The position numbers and the translations under genes were made by a program. Below are positions 43,363-57,796 of a stretch of DNA of 64,000 nt, one piece after another; positions within the stretch are counted from its first letter, which is position 1, and every line of letters begins with the position of its first letter. Origin of the DNA: Antedon mediterranea (lineage: Eukaryota; Animalia; Echinodermata); NCBI RefSeq assembly GCF_964355755.1, contig NC_092674.1:7006001-7070000 (forward strand), written 5' to 3'. The notes beneath the pieces are model-generated. The model was not told the DNA's origin. It saw nothing but the letters and a program-made list of their open reading frames with translations, and did not search any database.

Positions 43363-45149
43363 ATGGAATTTACTTCAGGATAATCAAGCACCAGTCAAAT
43401 TTATAATTCTATTTTTAGTATAAATCAATTTAATCATTAATTAATATGATGATATTTTAAACAAATTTTTATGAATTTTAAATGCTAGGGTTTAATGGTG
43501 GTGTATTTTAAAGTTTATTTAAACATTTGTTTGCAGGCAAACAACCTCTGTAGCATAAGAAACATTCATTTTTAGACAATCTACAATATTAAAAATATTA
43601 ATAATGAAATAATATTTATTTTCGAATGTATATTAAGTTATATGAAGATACCATGCAACTAAAAAACAACAAAAATTTAACAGATCAAATTATTTTTTAT
43701 TTTTAGAATAATACAATTTTAACAAATATGAAATATCCTTTTTTATTTTTACATAATTGTAAAATTTTTGTTTATTTACCAAAAAAGTTTCTGGGCCAAG
43801 ATTAGGGTTTAAACTGAGGTCATATTGTATTATAATGAATATAACCTAGGTAATTACTGAAAAAAGGTAATGCTGTGGGTATCAAATAAAATGAGCATAA
43901 AGCTAAACAATAAAGTAATACAGAAAGAAAGGGCCAAGCTTTTGAAAACCACTATTCTTACGTCAGAGCATTAAAACAAATAAATATTAAGCTACATTGT
44001 ACAGTATATGCTTTAAGCTCTGTCTACATAATGTGCCCACATAATGCTAGTTATATGACATCACCATGCTCATATAATTATATGGTCACATCACGTTTTG
44101 CCACATCAAATTACACTCTTCCCTGGTCACATGAAGTTTGAGAGTGTAAACAAAGCATTACAAAAAATATTTATTTCAACAATTTTAAAAATATCATCTG
44201 ATTCCAGTCGAAGATCAAATTTGTTTAGGTGTGCTTTTATGCTATTATATTATTATTATTCGTTATTTGATTAGGATTTTTTTGTATCAGCCTTTGTTTG
44301 GCGTTCCATACGGTGCATTCCACTTTAATACCTCGATCTGAACCTGAATTAACTGTTCATTACTGTGTCTTAGTGTTCTAATGAATTTTAGGTTATGTGA
44401 ATGCATGTGAATCTCTTATGTCTAGGTGATTTTGTCTAGGTCTGTTCGTTTATTTTACCTGTTTGTGAGCAAAAGTTGGTGGTTGTGCATCGGGTATGGG
44501 ATAAACCCACCTTATTTTGGAGGAGAGGTTAATCCGGAATCGTGATCTATAATATGACAGATTGACAATTAAAAAATAGTTTAATATATTTAGTCTTGTA
44601 ATAATAATAATATTTATTGGTAACTGTCGTTTAAAGCGGAGAAAAACTCTCTAATTTAATTACTGATTAAATGAAAATGATGTGGGTATCGGTGGCTGGA
44701 TTTCAATGGAGCTAAATTAAAACGATAAACTAAAAACAGCCAGAAAAATTAGCAGAGCTTTCGGGCAACACTGTAAAATATATAGATACAGAAGTTAATA
44801 AACGGATTAAAACTAGTTTGTGATACTAGTAGAAAATGTGTTGGTTATGCCTTATATTTAAAAATGCACAATCATTTTAGAAAGTACATCTGGGGGTAAT
44901 CCCCGTTAATATCCAGTTATAGTATGCATATTACAAAAATAAGTGTCAATTTATATAACAAAGAATCTAGAAAAGATGTAAACAATGACGCAGATATCTG
45001 AGAAGGCGTGTCGTCGATTTAATCTCTTATCTTCCGACCTCTTTACCATAAGTATAGAATCTTCCATGAGACATCGATAATGCGTGGTAAAATCGTAATA
45101 TTTTTAAGGAATTACGGAAAAAGAAGTTCCCATCCTTTCAATTGCCTTT

Positions 45150-45425
45150 ATTGGCGTGTGTTAGGACGTTGGATTAGATCGCGGTTTGAATCCAACTCTC
45201 GCATTGCTTGTATCCTTAGGCAAGACACTTTACTTACATTTTCCTCTCTCCACCAAGGTGTATAAAATGAGTACCCGGTTAGATCAAGACACAACTTTGT
45301 GCTGATTACTATGGGAGTATGTTTCCATACGTGTTTAACCCAAAGGATAATGTGCTATGTAAAGCGCCTTTGAGAATAATTATTCATGAAAAGGGCGCAA
45401 TATATAAGTATGGTTATTATTATTA
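45150..45425 (+). mobile_element. tRNA-derived SINE (family S1)
   Basis: Aligns by eye with 8180-8451 over its full length, including the TGTAAAGCGC..TTATTATT tail. Confidence 0.75.
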
Positions 45426-47020
45426 GGAACTTCGACCGCCTCTGTAAGTAATATTATGCCTATAATATTTAAATATTCCACATCAACGGTGCCTGGTAGA
45501 GTCGCACGTAATTTTAAAGTTTTGTTGGAAAATTTTACGGAAAATATACAAGACATATAAGTTATTTATTGCAAAATCTTATCATCGGACCTTCTTACAA
45601 GTCTAGAATGAGACATCTACAATGTGCGTGTGGTAGAATCACACGTAAACTTAAAATCGTTTAAGGAAAAATTGAAGGAAAAATATACAAGTATTGAAAC
45701 TATTAACATATCCGTTAAAAGGATTAATTTATTCAAGTAATTCCACAAACAATTTATGAATCTCTTTGTAATCGAATCTCGACGACTTAACATATGAATA
45801 GCTAAAATACCGACGGTAAAACACGGTGTATTAAATGAGTGCGGAGTTTGGTTGTGGCCAACACTGGATCTTAACATGGGCTAGCTCCATAATCCACAAT
45901 CGGTTTGTTTATGAAATAAACCAATTGCATGGGGATTGGGTCGCAAATCGGTGTGGTTGTGCTCTAGTAAACACACTTTCCACCAATCTCTTAACAATTA
46001 AACCGTTTGTCGGTTTCCTTTTATACCAGAAAAGGTGATTATCTATTTGTAGGTGAAGTCTTCACCTTCATTAGTACCTGCCGATGCAATTACGTCATTT
46101 CAAGCGCTCTCTCGTAAACCTACGTTAAACCGAGCCCGGATTTCGGGCGATGAGTTGGTTCGTTTTGTACGAAATGAGTTTTAAAAAAACTATATCAATT
46201 TTTCAGTTTTTGTAATACATCGGATGAGAATTCGGGCTTGAAAAAATATGATCTATAGGATTTTAAACTTTGATTTCGGTTACATCCGTTTCCGTTATTC
46301 ATTTTCCTGGTCTCATAAAATATTTCCACATGCCGCGTAGACAGAGATTCCGTATGCCCAAAAGCAGAATATCATTTAATGCGTTTAAATAGTTTTCTTT
46401 GCGTGGACCAAAACGACGAATATTGGTAGATAGAGCAATACGCGTTTACGTAAAGCATAGACTACAGTTAGTAGGACTAATTAATAAGTTAAGCTTATTA
46501 TAGTGAGCTCATGATAAGTAAGTGCATAGTACCTGGTTCAGACTGGAACAGAAACGCACATACTTCAGCTAAACAACGGGATAAGGATAGTAATCAACGC
46601 GTTACAAAATGCAATTCTAAGCGTTACGTTTTATCATTTCTATAAGTAGAATTTTACGTTTCGACGCTGTGCAATATTTTAATTATTCTATAATTTGTAA
46701 TTTTAAGGTTTTTGGTTGTCATCTATTATATTGTTGTGTCACTAATTTAATTATATTGTGTGGAATTTTGTTATTTAAAAAAATATTTACGAGCCTCCGT
46801 CCTCGTATGTTGATTTAATAATTGTAGTTTAAGCGACTATATTTGACTATACTATATTTCTTAGTGCCTGTAATGTCCGGGATTTTAAATTCATCTCAAG
46901 GAATTCTTGAATAAATTCTTAAAGTCTTTATACTTTTGTTTAACGTTTTAAGGTATTAATACTGGTATAACCAGGGAAGAGTGAAATTACTAATTTCATC
47001 CGTATTTTAGGCTAATTTAA

Positions 47021-47228
47021 AGGTGTATTGTCCCCTGAAAAAAATAATTTTTTAAATGTTGTTGAATATCGCACAATATATAGGCTATTCACTTCGGCCA
47101 GAAATTGGACCGAAAAAAAATGTTTCTTTTTTTCTACGGAAGTGATCAACTAAAACTACAAAATGGCCTATTTAAAGCCTGATTTTTTTAAATCTTCATA
47201 TTTCATGTTTTTGGGGGACAATACATCT
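47021..47228. mobile_element. TTAA-flanked MITE (Kolobok-like)
   Basis: TTAA|AGGTGTATTGTCCCC...GGGGACAATACATCT|TTAA; degenerate relative near 63494-63710. Confidence 0.78.
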
Positions 47229-48171
47229 TTAATGCAAATTATGCTATTATGTTGGCTGGTAAAGGAGCTAAACAAAAGTTCACTTTAATGTATGTATGTA
47301 GGGCCTATGTAAATTACGCTCTGATAACCGTTTGTACATTAAGTCGGTTGGCGTAACTGCAGTGATGAGTTCCTATAGCCTAATAGGACGTACGCACACC
47401 GCAATCCATAACTAACCAATCACAAGCGATGACTCAGTCGAACCCTTAGTTGTGATTGGTAAATTACTTGCGTTGCGCGTCCTAAGTGATAACTTTTCGC
47501 AAGGCCTATTGGTACGTAAAACTAAATGTTTATCGTGTCTCAGATTCCTGTGTGCCCTTAACAGTATACCTATAGTTTTATTGGAAAGGTATTTCAATAT
47601 TGTGTAACTGTATTATAAGCACTCTATGACTATAACTATGAAATTGTAAATATTGAAATATGAATTAAAACCCGACTTTACAATTTGGGTGAAAAATGGT
47701 TTTATCGGAGATGCTTTGTATATATTTTGCAATGTAATGATGTGAACTGAGAATAAATACTGCATTAACATGCTTATTTTACCTAATTTTATTTCTATCG
47801 GTCATTTTTAATTATGTCTGTCTAATTAAAAACCCCTTTTTTCACTTGGATGGACATAGGCCTAATATCAAATATAATGCGTGTCTACTACTTTTGCAAT
47901 GAATAAGCTGTTGAATGTTTCCCTATACATATTTGAGTATATTGAAATGACTAATTGTTATCATTATAGATCATTTAATGTTTATATTATCTTTTACTAC
48001 CTTTATTACTTTCGTACTATTTGTAATTTTTTTTGTAAAGCTTAGTTCCATTGACACAACGCTGAGCGATGGATGTTTGTGTTTGTCGCCGTTGCGTCCT
48101 AGTCGGAACCAAGCAAGATACTGTATATCTTTACAAATACAGATTTTCGTACTATTTATACTTTTTCCGTA

Positions 48172-48291
48172 AAGGTTGGTTCACACTGACGCAGCAAGGC
48201 AATGACGTAAGCGCAATGCAAGTTTGACCAATCACAAGCGATGTGTCGCCTTGTGTCGCGCTGACGTTGCGTCTTAGTGGGAACCTAGCTT
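48172..48291. mobile_element. MITE family B (Harbinger-like)
   Basis: aaggttggttcacact...agtgggaacctagctt; related copy at 48037-48113 and a fragment near 47414. Confidence 0.65.
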
Positions 48292-49385
48292 AAACATGTA
48301 AATCATATTCCCATAATGTATGTTATTTTTTTAATGATGATGTTGATTGTTTGACCATTTATATTTTAGTGTTTTGAAATATTAATTAATATTATCATAA
48401 CTCATTCTTTATTTCTATTTTAATGTATATTGGTGCTTTTTTAATGCCATACTTCCGTGTATTTTTTTTTTCATAAACGTATAACAATGTTTGTTTTCAT
48501 AAACATATTTCCATTTTTACAAAAACCAAACTCGTCGGTGTAACAACATGATATAGATAAGCAAAGGTCGTGTAATCTTGTAATAATTGTGAGATTTACA
48601 CGTTGAATCATTTAATTCGTTTGCGGGTTTCTATTTAAAACGCATTCATAGCTAACAATGCATGTAATGAGTATGTACACATAATATGTATCAAACAACA
48701 GGTTAAGTCGGTCAAATCCGATACACGTATGGTATCATGTCTATAGATAATAAACATCGTGCAGTATCGTGTCTGCTGACAGAAATCTTCATCACATGTG
48801 TGATACTGAATATTATAGAATATTTAGAAAGTTGGGTGCTATGGTATTGGTTAGTTACCGTCAGCAGACGCGATACTGCAGGGTGTTTATTGTCACTAGA
48901 TTGATACAGTACGTGAATCGACTCGGAATTTTCTTAAAACAGTATATTCATTTGTCTACATGTTACTTGTTTTGATATTGTTAGGTGTTGTGTCAGTACT
49001 GGATCTTCCTACAAGATCCCAGTACCTTCATTCTCCATTTGTAGATACTTCAGGGGTCAGATGTATCAAACTTGCTTAGAAACAAACCATCTTTACTTTA
49101 TTGTAAGTCAATTGATTACGTCAACAACTATTTGGATAATTATAATATTCGCTAAGCGCACATATCCACCAAAGTGCTCAATATTCTTAAAGTTGATAAA
49201 TAATTTAAAAATAAAGCTTCAATTAACTATCTTGACTTAAGCAAAAAGATGGCTAAACGCCAGCATAAGAGCCTATCTCGCTTTCCTGGTCAACACTCTT
49301 GTACTAAAGTAACAAATGTTTACCCCCAGCTGCAATCAAGGTGTAATTTGAGGAATAGTGAAATTATTCACTCTTCCCTGGTGTA

Positions 49386-49543
49386 AAGCTATGTCTACAC
49401 TATAAACTAGTTTAACAAAAAAAGTTCGATGTGCCCAAATATGGCAGTGATATGCCCAAATATGGCAGTGATATGCCCAAATATGGGTATCATCATGTCT
49501 GTATATAGGCACATGACATTAAAATTTGATGTAGACAGAGCTT
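49386..49543. mobile_element. MITE family A copy
   Basis: Both ends present; internal GCCCAAATATGGCAGTGATAT about 2.5 times. Confidence 0.78.
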
Positions 49544-50395
49544 ATGAAGGTTGTAGCCTAGATTCTGTAATATAAATAAAATCAAAGCCCGATTCGACAC
49601 CACGCATCGAATGAGATAGGCCCTCCTGTAACTGTAAATCCCCTCCATGTGTTTATTAAGCCCCATCTCGCATTATGATGTATATATCCTATTTATGTTT
49701 AGGCCTATATTTGTATTTTAAGGCTGAGCTGATTCATCCTGATGAGTGTGGTACAAATTGGGACGTTCCATTTTGCGGTAATACTGTTGATGTCATACGA
49801 AGTAGGTCAACTTTAAAAAAAATCATTATCATTATTATTACTATTATTAATATTATTTACCATTAAGTACCGGATATAAATTATTGTTTATATGTTTTGT
49901 CAAAATGATTTAGTGTAAAAAAACAAAGAAAAATGTTTATTTATAGCAATGTAACGATAATTGGATTTGGATTGGATTTGGATTTGTTTTTTCTTTTTAG
50001 TAGGAATTTCACCCATTTTTATTTCACTATAATAAAAACATGATTGTAGCATATGAAATGTAAATACAAACATTATTAAATATTTTCTTTAGGCGGCCTA
50101 TATGATATTCTCATACAGTTTATAGGCTATAGTTTTATATAATTCATAATTATAATTTCTTGCAAAAAATTAGAGTTAGTTTTTTTCGAAGATCTGGAAG
50201 ATATGTGTTGTTCTTCCACGATTTTGATGGGCTTTGTGTGACTGAACGTTGCAATTACTTTAATTCAGTTTATTGGTTTTTTTCTAAATAGATCATGCTG
50301 TCCAGGGAAGAGAAATTTGTTCATAAAATTGTAGTGAAATGAAGATTAAACCCGTATACCACTCGGAAGAAACACCCAACCGAGAAGTGTACATT

Positions 50396-50735
50396 TTGCA
50401 AATGTAGATCGTCTGCCTTGCAAATGTAGATCGTCTGCCTTGCAAATGTAGATCGTCTGCCTTGCAAATATAGATCGTCTGCCTCGCAAATGTAGATCGT
50501 CTGCCTTGCAAATATAGATCGTCTGCCTCGCAAATGTAGATCGTCTGCCTTGCAAATGTAGATCGTCTGCCTTGCAAATGTAGATCGTCTGCCTTGCAAA
50601 TGTAGATCGTCTGCCTTGCAAATGTAGATCGTCTGCCTTGCAAATGTAGATCGTCTGCCTCGCAAATGTAGATCGTCTGCCTTGCAAATGTAGATCGTCT
50701 GCCTTGCAAATGTAGATCGTCTGCCTCGCAAATGT
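50396..50735. repeat. 22-bp minisatellite, about 15 copies
   Basis: T(T/C)GCAAAT(G/A)TAGATCGTCTGCC. Confidence 0.97.
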
Positions 50736-52227
50736 GGGCCTACATTACTGCTGTGCCATGTTTGTCAACGTCATCATCCTGACTGGTCAACAAGTGTTTC
50801 GGTAGTGTTGCGTGTAAGTCGGCCTATTACGTGTATTAACCTATATTAATTGTTAAACCTATTTCGTTTGAATGCATCAGACTGACTTCTGTAGGAAGAA
50901 GCTTCTAACCTTGAATTTGTCAATACTCCGGGTTTCGGTTGTGTTGTACTAGGAAAACCTATGAAGTATGACCATCGGATATAGCAACTCAATGGAGCCG
51001 ATCTGTGGCGAGCAATGTCCGGTATGCCCTTTTGTATTTTGTATGTGTTGAAATGAAATAAAAAAATTAAAAATTAAAAAAATGTCCGGTATGCCCTTAT
51101 TATTACTTTGTAACCTACTTATGCACTGACATGCATTCTGTACAAAAAATAAATATGGGCGAATCTGGTCGCTGTTGGATGATGCTGAAATAAAATGTTG
51201 TGAAGTATGACCATCGGACCTAGCGATCTGTGGCAAGAAATGTCCGGTATGCCCAAACAAAACATTTGGGCGACTTTTAAAGATGTTGCAATAAAATTAA
51301 ACATTTGGCCACCAATTTTAAAATACGCATTTTCAATACTTTATCTTGTGGAACAGCACGATTTACACGTGTCCGCTAACAAAACTATCACCTGCGAATA
51401 CAAATTATGCAGATTAGTCATCGCTGTGTCGGATTAAGTGTAATTGGACGCGCGCGTACGTATGTGATTGGCCTATTACTAATAATATTACTAATAATAT
51501 GCAAATTACGTTAACAAGTTGCTGAAAATAATACTACGAACATAGTCTTGTCGTATGTATCTTTTTTTTTCATATGACCTACTTAAATCGTGGTTTTCAG
51601 AAGATTATATTAGCGTGTTAACATTATATGTTTATATTGTCGGGTTCCGGTTGCGTAATTTTTGAAATTTTTGTTTAACCTGTAAATTATATGACGTGGT
51701 GACCTAATTATTTCATAACTAACCAAAACTACTGTAACCGCCTTCCGATATTGGGCCTTGGACACGGTAGCTGAATATGCCCTTTGCTCGATGTAACCTA
51801 GTTTTACAATGTTTTTGTTTTACAATTTAGAACAAATTGGTAATAGTAAATTTTTTTTGGAAAGATTTCTTGAATCGAAAGTGATTTTTCATTTCAATGT
51901 ATTGTTGTTATTTATGTCTTTGCGGTTGTTAACACTTGTTCGAACATCAATATGATTATCATAGCAACAAAGTGATCATCTTATCATTGCATTACAAATT
52001 TGATATAGCTCTGAAACCATTATCAAAAGCGCTGTACATCAAAATTATGTTCCATAAACTTGTTGGAAAAGGAACGTTTTTAGTTTACACCTAAAGCTAT
52101 CAGTTATTTTGAGGTTCTCTTGGTTGTTGTGGGAACTTGTAGCTTACAGGAATCGAGGCCCGATCGCCAATAACGTAACCAAAAGCAACGTGATCTTCTA
52201 CATAACAAAGTAATCACAACCAATGAA

Positions 52228-53535
52228 ATGACATGATCTTCTACATTACAAACAACATCACAACCAGCAACGACGTGATCTACTACAACAAAAACAACAA
52301 CATCACAACCTACGACATGATCTTCTACATTACAAACAACATCACAACCAACGACATGATCTTCTACATTACAAACAACATCACAACCAACGACATGATC
52401 TTCTACATTACAAACAACATCACACAAACGACATGGTCTTCTACATTACAAACAACATCACAACCAACGACATGATCTTCTACATTACAAACAACATCAC
52501 AACCAACGACATGATCTTCTACATTACAAACAACATCACAACAAACGACATGATCTTCTACATCACAAACAACATCACAACCAACGACATGATCTTCTAC
52601 ATTACAAACAACATCACAACAAACGACATGATCTTCTACATTACAAACAACATCATAACCAACGACATGATCTTCTACATTACAAACAACATCACAACCA
52701 ACGACATGATCTTCTACATTACAAACAACATCACAACCAACGACATGATCTTCTACATTACAAACAACATCACAACCAACGACATGATCTTCTACATTAC
52801 AAACAACATCACAACCAACGACATGATCTTCTACATCACAAACAACATCACAACCAACGACATGATCTTCTACATTACAAACAACATCACAACCAACGAC
52901 ATGATCTTCTACATTACAAACAACATCACAACAGACGACATGGTCTTCTACATCACAAACAACATCACAACCAACGACATGGTCTTCTACATCACAAACA
53001 ACATCACAACCAACGACATGATCTTCTACATTACAAACAACATCACAACCAACGACATGATCTTCTACATTACAAACAACATCACAACAAACGACATGGT
53101 CTTCTACATCACAAACAACATCACAACCAACGACATGGTCTTCTACATCACAAACAACATCACAACCAACGACATGATCTTCTACATTACAAACAACATC
53201 ACAACAAACGACATGATCTTCTACATCACAAACAACATCACAACAAACGATATGGTCTTCTACATTACAAACAACATCACAACCAACGACATGATCTTCT
53301 ACATTACAAACAACATCACAACAAACGACATGGTCTTCTATATCACAAACAACATCACAACCAACGACATGATCTTCTACATCACATCACAAACAACATC
53401 ACACAAAACAGCATGATCTTCTACATCACAAACAACATCACAACCAGCAATGACGTGATCTACACATCAAAAACAACATCACAACCAATGACATGATCTT
53501 CTATATCACAAACAACCTCACAACCAACGACAACA
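52228..53535. repeat. 39-bp A/C-rich minisatellite, about 32 copies with degenerate edges
   Basis: ACGACATG(A/G)TCTTCTACAT(T/C)ACAAACAACATCACAAC(C/A)A. Confidence 0.97.
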
Positions 53536-54752
53536 TGATAATTTACATCCCCATCCAACATTAACGTTATATTCTACATCACATGCAAACAAATAACAAT
53601 CAACGTGATCTTTTACATCACTAATGATTTTATACATCACTAACAACATTATCACCATACGAACATCAACAATACAATCATAATCCTCACCACCATCATC
53701 TAATAGCATTTTGTTTGGTCACTCACTAAATGAGGGCTGAGTTCAAGTTTTGATCTCGATGTATTGTCTGATGGTCACACTGTCTGAGCTTGCGGCTCCT
53801 TTGATCTGTATATATTTTTTGTGTTTATTTTTTGTTTATTTTATTTTGTTTGTAGTTTAGCATGATTGACGTATCGTTCTAAATACAATGTTAGTTTAGT
53901 TAGGTTACAATTGTCTGTCCCTTAGCTGCTTCTTCGTTTAATTTGCAGTTTTTCTATTTTTTTCTTCAATTTTATCAATTTAATTCACTATATTTGGACA
54001 AATATGGATAAATTTACGAAATATAGATTTATCAGTAAATTGACTATTTGGGATGTTAAAAGCGCAGCGAGAAAACCATGTTTTTTTCGCTTATTTTTTT
54101 TTAATGAAAGGTTTTTAAAAGAGTTGTTTGTAGGCGTTACACGCACAGATTATATTATCTTGTTCTTCTGCACCTATCTGTGTTTTTACGTTTATCTTTG
54201 ATATTTTGTAATTCACAGTCACATTTGCCAATGAAAAGTTAATAACCGACAGTATATTTCATAGCACTATAAAACTACTCTTATTGAAGACAATCCAAAC
54301 ATTAATACGAATAACGTTGACTAATTTAGACATTTTCTTATGAAGTTTCACGTGTGGGAGAAGTGAGTCGTGGAATATGAACTCACTTAAGTCGAGTGGA
54401 GGGAGACGCCTTTAAGATTGTGAATGCATGATTAAGTGTGGTCAATATATAGGACTTAATCATGATTAATTAAGAATAGACATAGTAATAGATCTTCTGA
54501 ATTCAATGTAGGAGTATATCTACTTGCGGTTGGTCCTTTGAAATGTCGCTAACTGTACTTGGTGGCTGCAATTAGGCGGTTGTGATTTATTTAAATAAAC
54601 ATAAAAATAATCGACAGCACCACTAAAATTCTTCTCTTATTCCAAATTGTTATCGAGGCCTATATAATACATTATTGTTATGTTTGAAATGATCTGTAGA
54701 CGATTCTCGGTACTTGTCTGTAGTGTTTCCAGTGTCTAGGCAGGTTCTGCGA

Positions 54753-54920
54753 AGCTCTGTCTACACTATCAAACTTTATGTGACACCAAATTGTGATGTG
54801 CCCATATTAAGGTCTACACCATCAAACTAGTTTGACAAAAAAAGGTGCTCAAATATGGTATTGATATGCCCAAAATGGTAGTGATATGACATCACCCATA
54901 TATGGGCCAATCACAATTTT
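54753..54920. mobile_element. MITE family A, rearranged or double copy
   Basis: Two left-end sequences in tandem (54753 and about 54812). Confidence 0.7.
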
Positions 54921-54970
54921 GCGTCGTATCTTGTAGTGTGAGAAGTTTTCTTAAAAATCTTTGATGCTGG

Positions 54971-55196
54971 ACTGATAATGCCATATGTGGATTTACAGTA
55001 CCAGAGAATCTGGTGTGATTTGGATATAGGTCCGTAGTTTACAAACTGATAATGCCATATGTGGATTTACAGTACCAGAGAATCGGGTGTGATTTGGATA
55101 TAGGTCCGTAGTTTACAAACTGATAATGCCATATGTGGATTTACAGTACCAGAGAATCTGGTGTGATTTGGATATAGGTCCGTAGTTTACAAACTG
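54971..55196. repeat. 74-bp tandem repeat, 3 copies
   Basis: Units at 54971, 55045 and 55119, with one mismatch seen. Confidence 0.95.
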
Positions 55197-55445
55197 TAGT
55201 CTACTGTAAGTTGGTTTAGCGGAGAAAACTTCTTGATTGATAATAGTTTAAGTCGGTTTGTTGTATACACTTATTCAGATGATCTATCTCAAGTGGTTGT
55301 TGACGTTTAGATGCACGATCACCTTAAATACTGTATATATACAATATCCTGTATATAGGAGTATATCACGTAATATCTGGGTTATTAGTCACAATGTGAC
55401 GCGTTATGCGTTGGCACTAGTGTGATGCACAATATCGTAACTCTT

Positions 55446-57796
55446 CACACTAAAAAAAAAAGGTGCAAATCTCTACCTAAAAAGGTGCAAACCGATGCAA
55501 CAATAGCAGCTCCCTTTAAGGTGCACAACTGCACCTTTGACGGAAGGTGCAATTTTGAACCCTGATAAAGGGTGCTATAATGCTCCTATGGAGTTCACAT
55601 TTGCACCATATAAGGTGTAATTTTCTACCCTAAAAGGTGCAAACTAAATGCAACAATAGCAGCTCCCCAAAGGAGCAAAATTCAACCTCTAAATAAAGGT
55701 GCAACTTTACACCCTAATAAAAGGTTCAATAATGCTCCTCTAAGATTCAAATTTCTGTTAAAAAGGTGCACAAATAAAAATCACTAAAATACAAAAAATA
55801 TTGATTAAGCTTTGTATAATTTTATTCAACTTTAAAACATTACATTATTCAATTTAACTGCTGAATTAATGGATGGCAATTACCAGTTTCTGCACCTTAA
55901 ATAGAGTGTGGCCATCTCTTCTCAAACCAACAATAGGCCTATTGTTAAAATTATCTAATGATGACATCTTTGGCAGTATTCTCTTCTTATCCCCATATAT
56001 CTGAAACAGTGTTCTTGATGTCTGGTTCACCTTTTCCGAACATTTTCACCTGATTATGTACTTTCCTAAAAAGCATGAAATAGGAAGGGAAACTATTAAA
56101 AATAATATTATCATTAATACAACATCATACAATACATTATTGACATTGTTCTGATTTTTAAAGTCAAATTACCTTGACCACATGCTTCACATACTTTAAA
56201 GTATGTTCCTCTCCCTTTCCTCAGCTCGTAGTATAGTAGGCCCTATATACTAGAGTATTACAGTACATGTGGTCACATTTCTTTCTCCTTTTCTGAACAT
56301 CTTTATATTGCTGCTGATTAGAGCAGAGGTGCTCTTTCATGTTTTAAACTTATTTTATCCCTCCATGACATCATGTAGATTGTAGGCTGTAACTATAATT
56401 AAAAATAATGATAATGTGTATAAGAATTTAATATAGGCCTAATAATACCCAGCTACTGTAATAACTAATATTAATAACTAGGCCCCTGGCCTGCCTAGCT
56501 AGGCCTATTATTAATTATAGGCCTAGCCGGCTAGCTAGGCCTAGGACTGCTTTTAATTAAGTTTAAGGTCTAGGCCTACCTAGCTAGTATTAGTAACCTA
56601 GGCTAGGCATAGCTAGCCTATATTATGCCTAACCTACTAGCTAGACCCAGGTAAGTAGGCTAGGCCTGGTCTAGGACTAGCCCCCGCCCGAAAGGCTACG
56701 GTAGGCTAAGTAGGCCTCTAGACTGCCTACTTTAGGCTTAACCTAGCCTAGGCTTAGGCCTAATAGAGGCCGCCTAGATAGGCTAGGTAGGAGGCCTCTA
56801 GCTTGCCATATTTATTTATTTAGCTATCATTTTTAAGTTTTAGGCCTAGCCTAGGCTTATAGGCCTATACAATAATTAATCTAATAAAAACAACCAAACT
56901 ACATGCCTATAAAGCTTCGTTACTTACTTTTAACAGCTATCCCCTACACTGGAGAGGTGTGGGAGCTAGTAGGCTTAGTTTAATTTTATAGCCTGATTTT
57001 TTGGGCGCAAACTCCTCAATTCAAACTGCATGTTTAACAACCGCACGCGCTTAAAATTATTGTTCAATTCCTGTTTCAAATAAATTTAGAACAGATGCCT
57101 ACATTATGATATTAGATATTCTAATAATATTGTTGAATATGAAAGAAAAGTTTACTTATTCTAGACTTAAGCAAACCAGAGTAAATAACCTCTGAAATTC
57201 AATATTTTAACAATTGTTTACAGACATCTTGCGTGCGCATACGGTACGAAAATTGTACAAAAATTGTACAAAAAGGTGCTATTATGCACCTTTTAACTGA
57301 TGTTAAACCTTATAGGGTGCCCAGTTGAACCTTTCAATTTATCATGTTAAAGGTATTAAACTTTAATTTTCAGTTACAAGCCAGCGACTTTCTAATGTTC
57401 CGTAAAAAAAAAGATTTGTTCGAATTCCGATAGCTGTCCCCACAAACCTATCTATATTATTATTAATCTTTCTTATTTTTGTTTTAACTTACCACAATAA
57501 TGTCATTCTAAAAAAATTGTCCTTATCATCACCTTTTAAGCTTTTAGAAGCCCTAAGTTAAACATATCAAGAAGCGTTCATTAATCTAATAGGTCTTATT
57601 TGTCACACAGTCACCATGGCCTACTTGGGCCTTTGCGGTGCAGTTCTGCACCTTTTTATACTTGTCTGCATTTTTCGATATAAAAGGTGCAAAATTAAAC
57701 CTTTTATGAACTCTGCACCATTTTATGAGAAAAAGGCGCAAATTAGCACCTTTTTATAGGTTTGCACCTTTTATTGCACCTTTAGTTTTAAGTGTG
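55446..57796. mobile_element. Non-autonomous CACTA/EnSpm-like DNA transposon, about 2.35 kb
   Basis: Ends CACACTAAAAAAAAAAGGTGCAA and TTGCACCTTTAGTTTTAAGTGTG; many AAAGGTGCA/TGCACCTTT subterminal repeats at both ends; no transposase ORF; TSD unresolved. Confidence 0.72.
56430..56870. repeat. CTAG/TAGGCCTA-rich palindromic low-complexity tract
   Basis: Dense interleaved AGGCCT, CCTAGG and GCTAGC hexamers inside the CACTA-like element. Confidence 0.8.

Noticed and set aside
50293-50731. Three overlapping minus-strand ORFs
   Set aside because: Artefact of a stop-free 22-bp unit cycling through all frames.
52433-53416. 327-aa NDMIFYITNNITT protein, or a multi-selenocysteine reading of the TGA frame
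   Set aside because: Pure minisatellite translation with no flanking domain; no SECIS recognised; the TGA/TGG variation is explained by repeat turnover.
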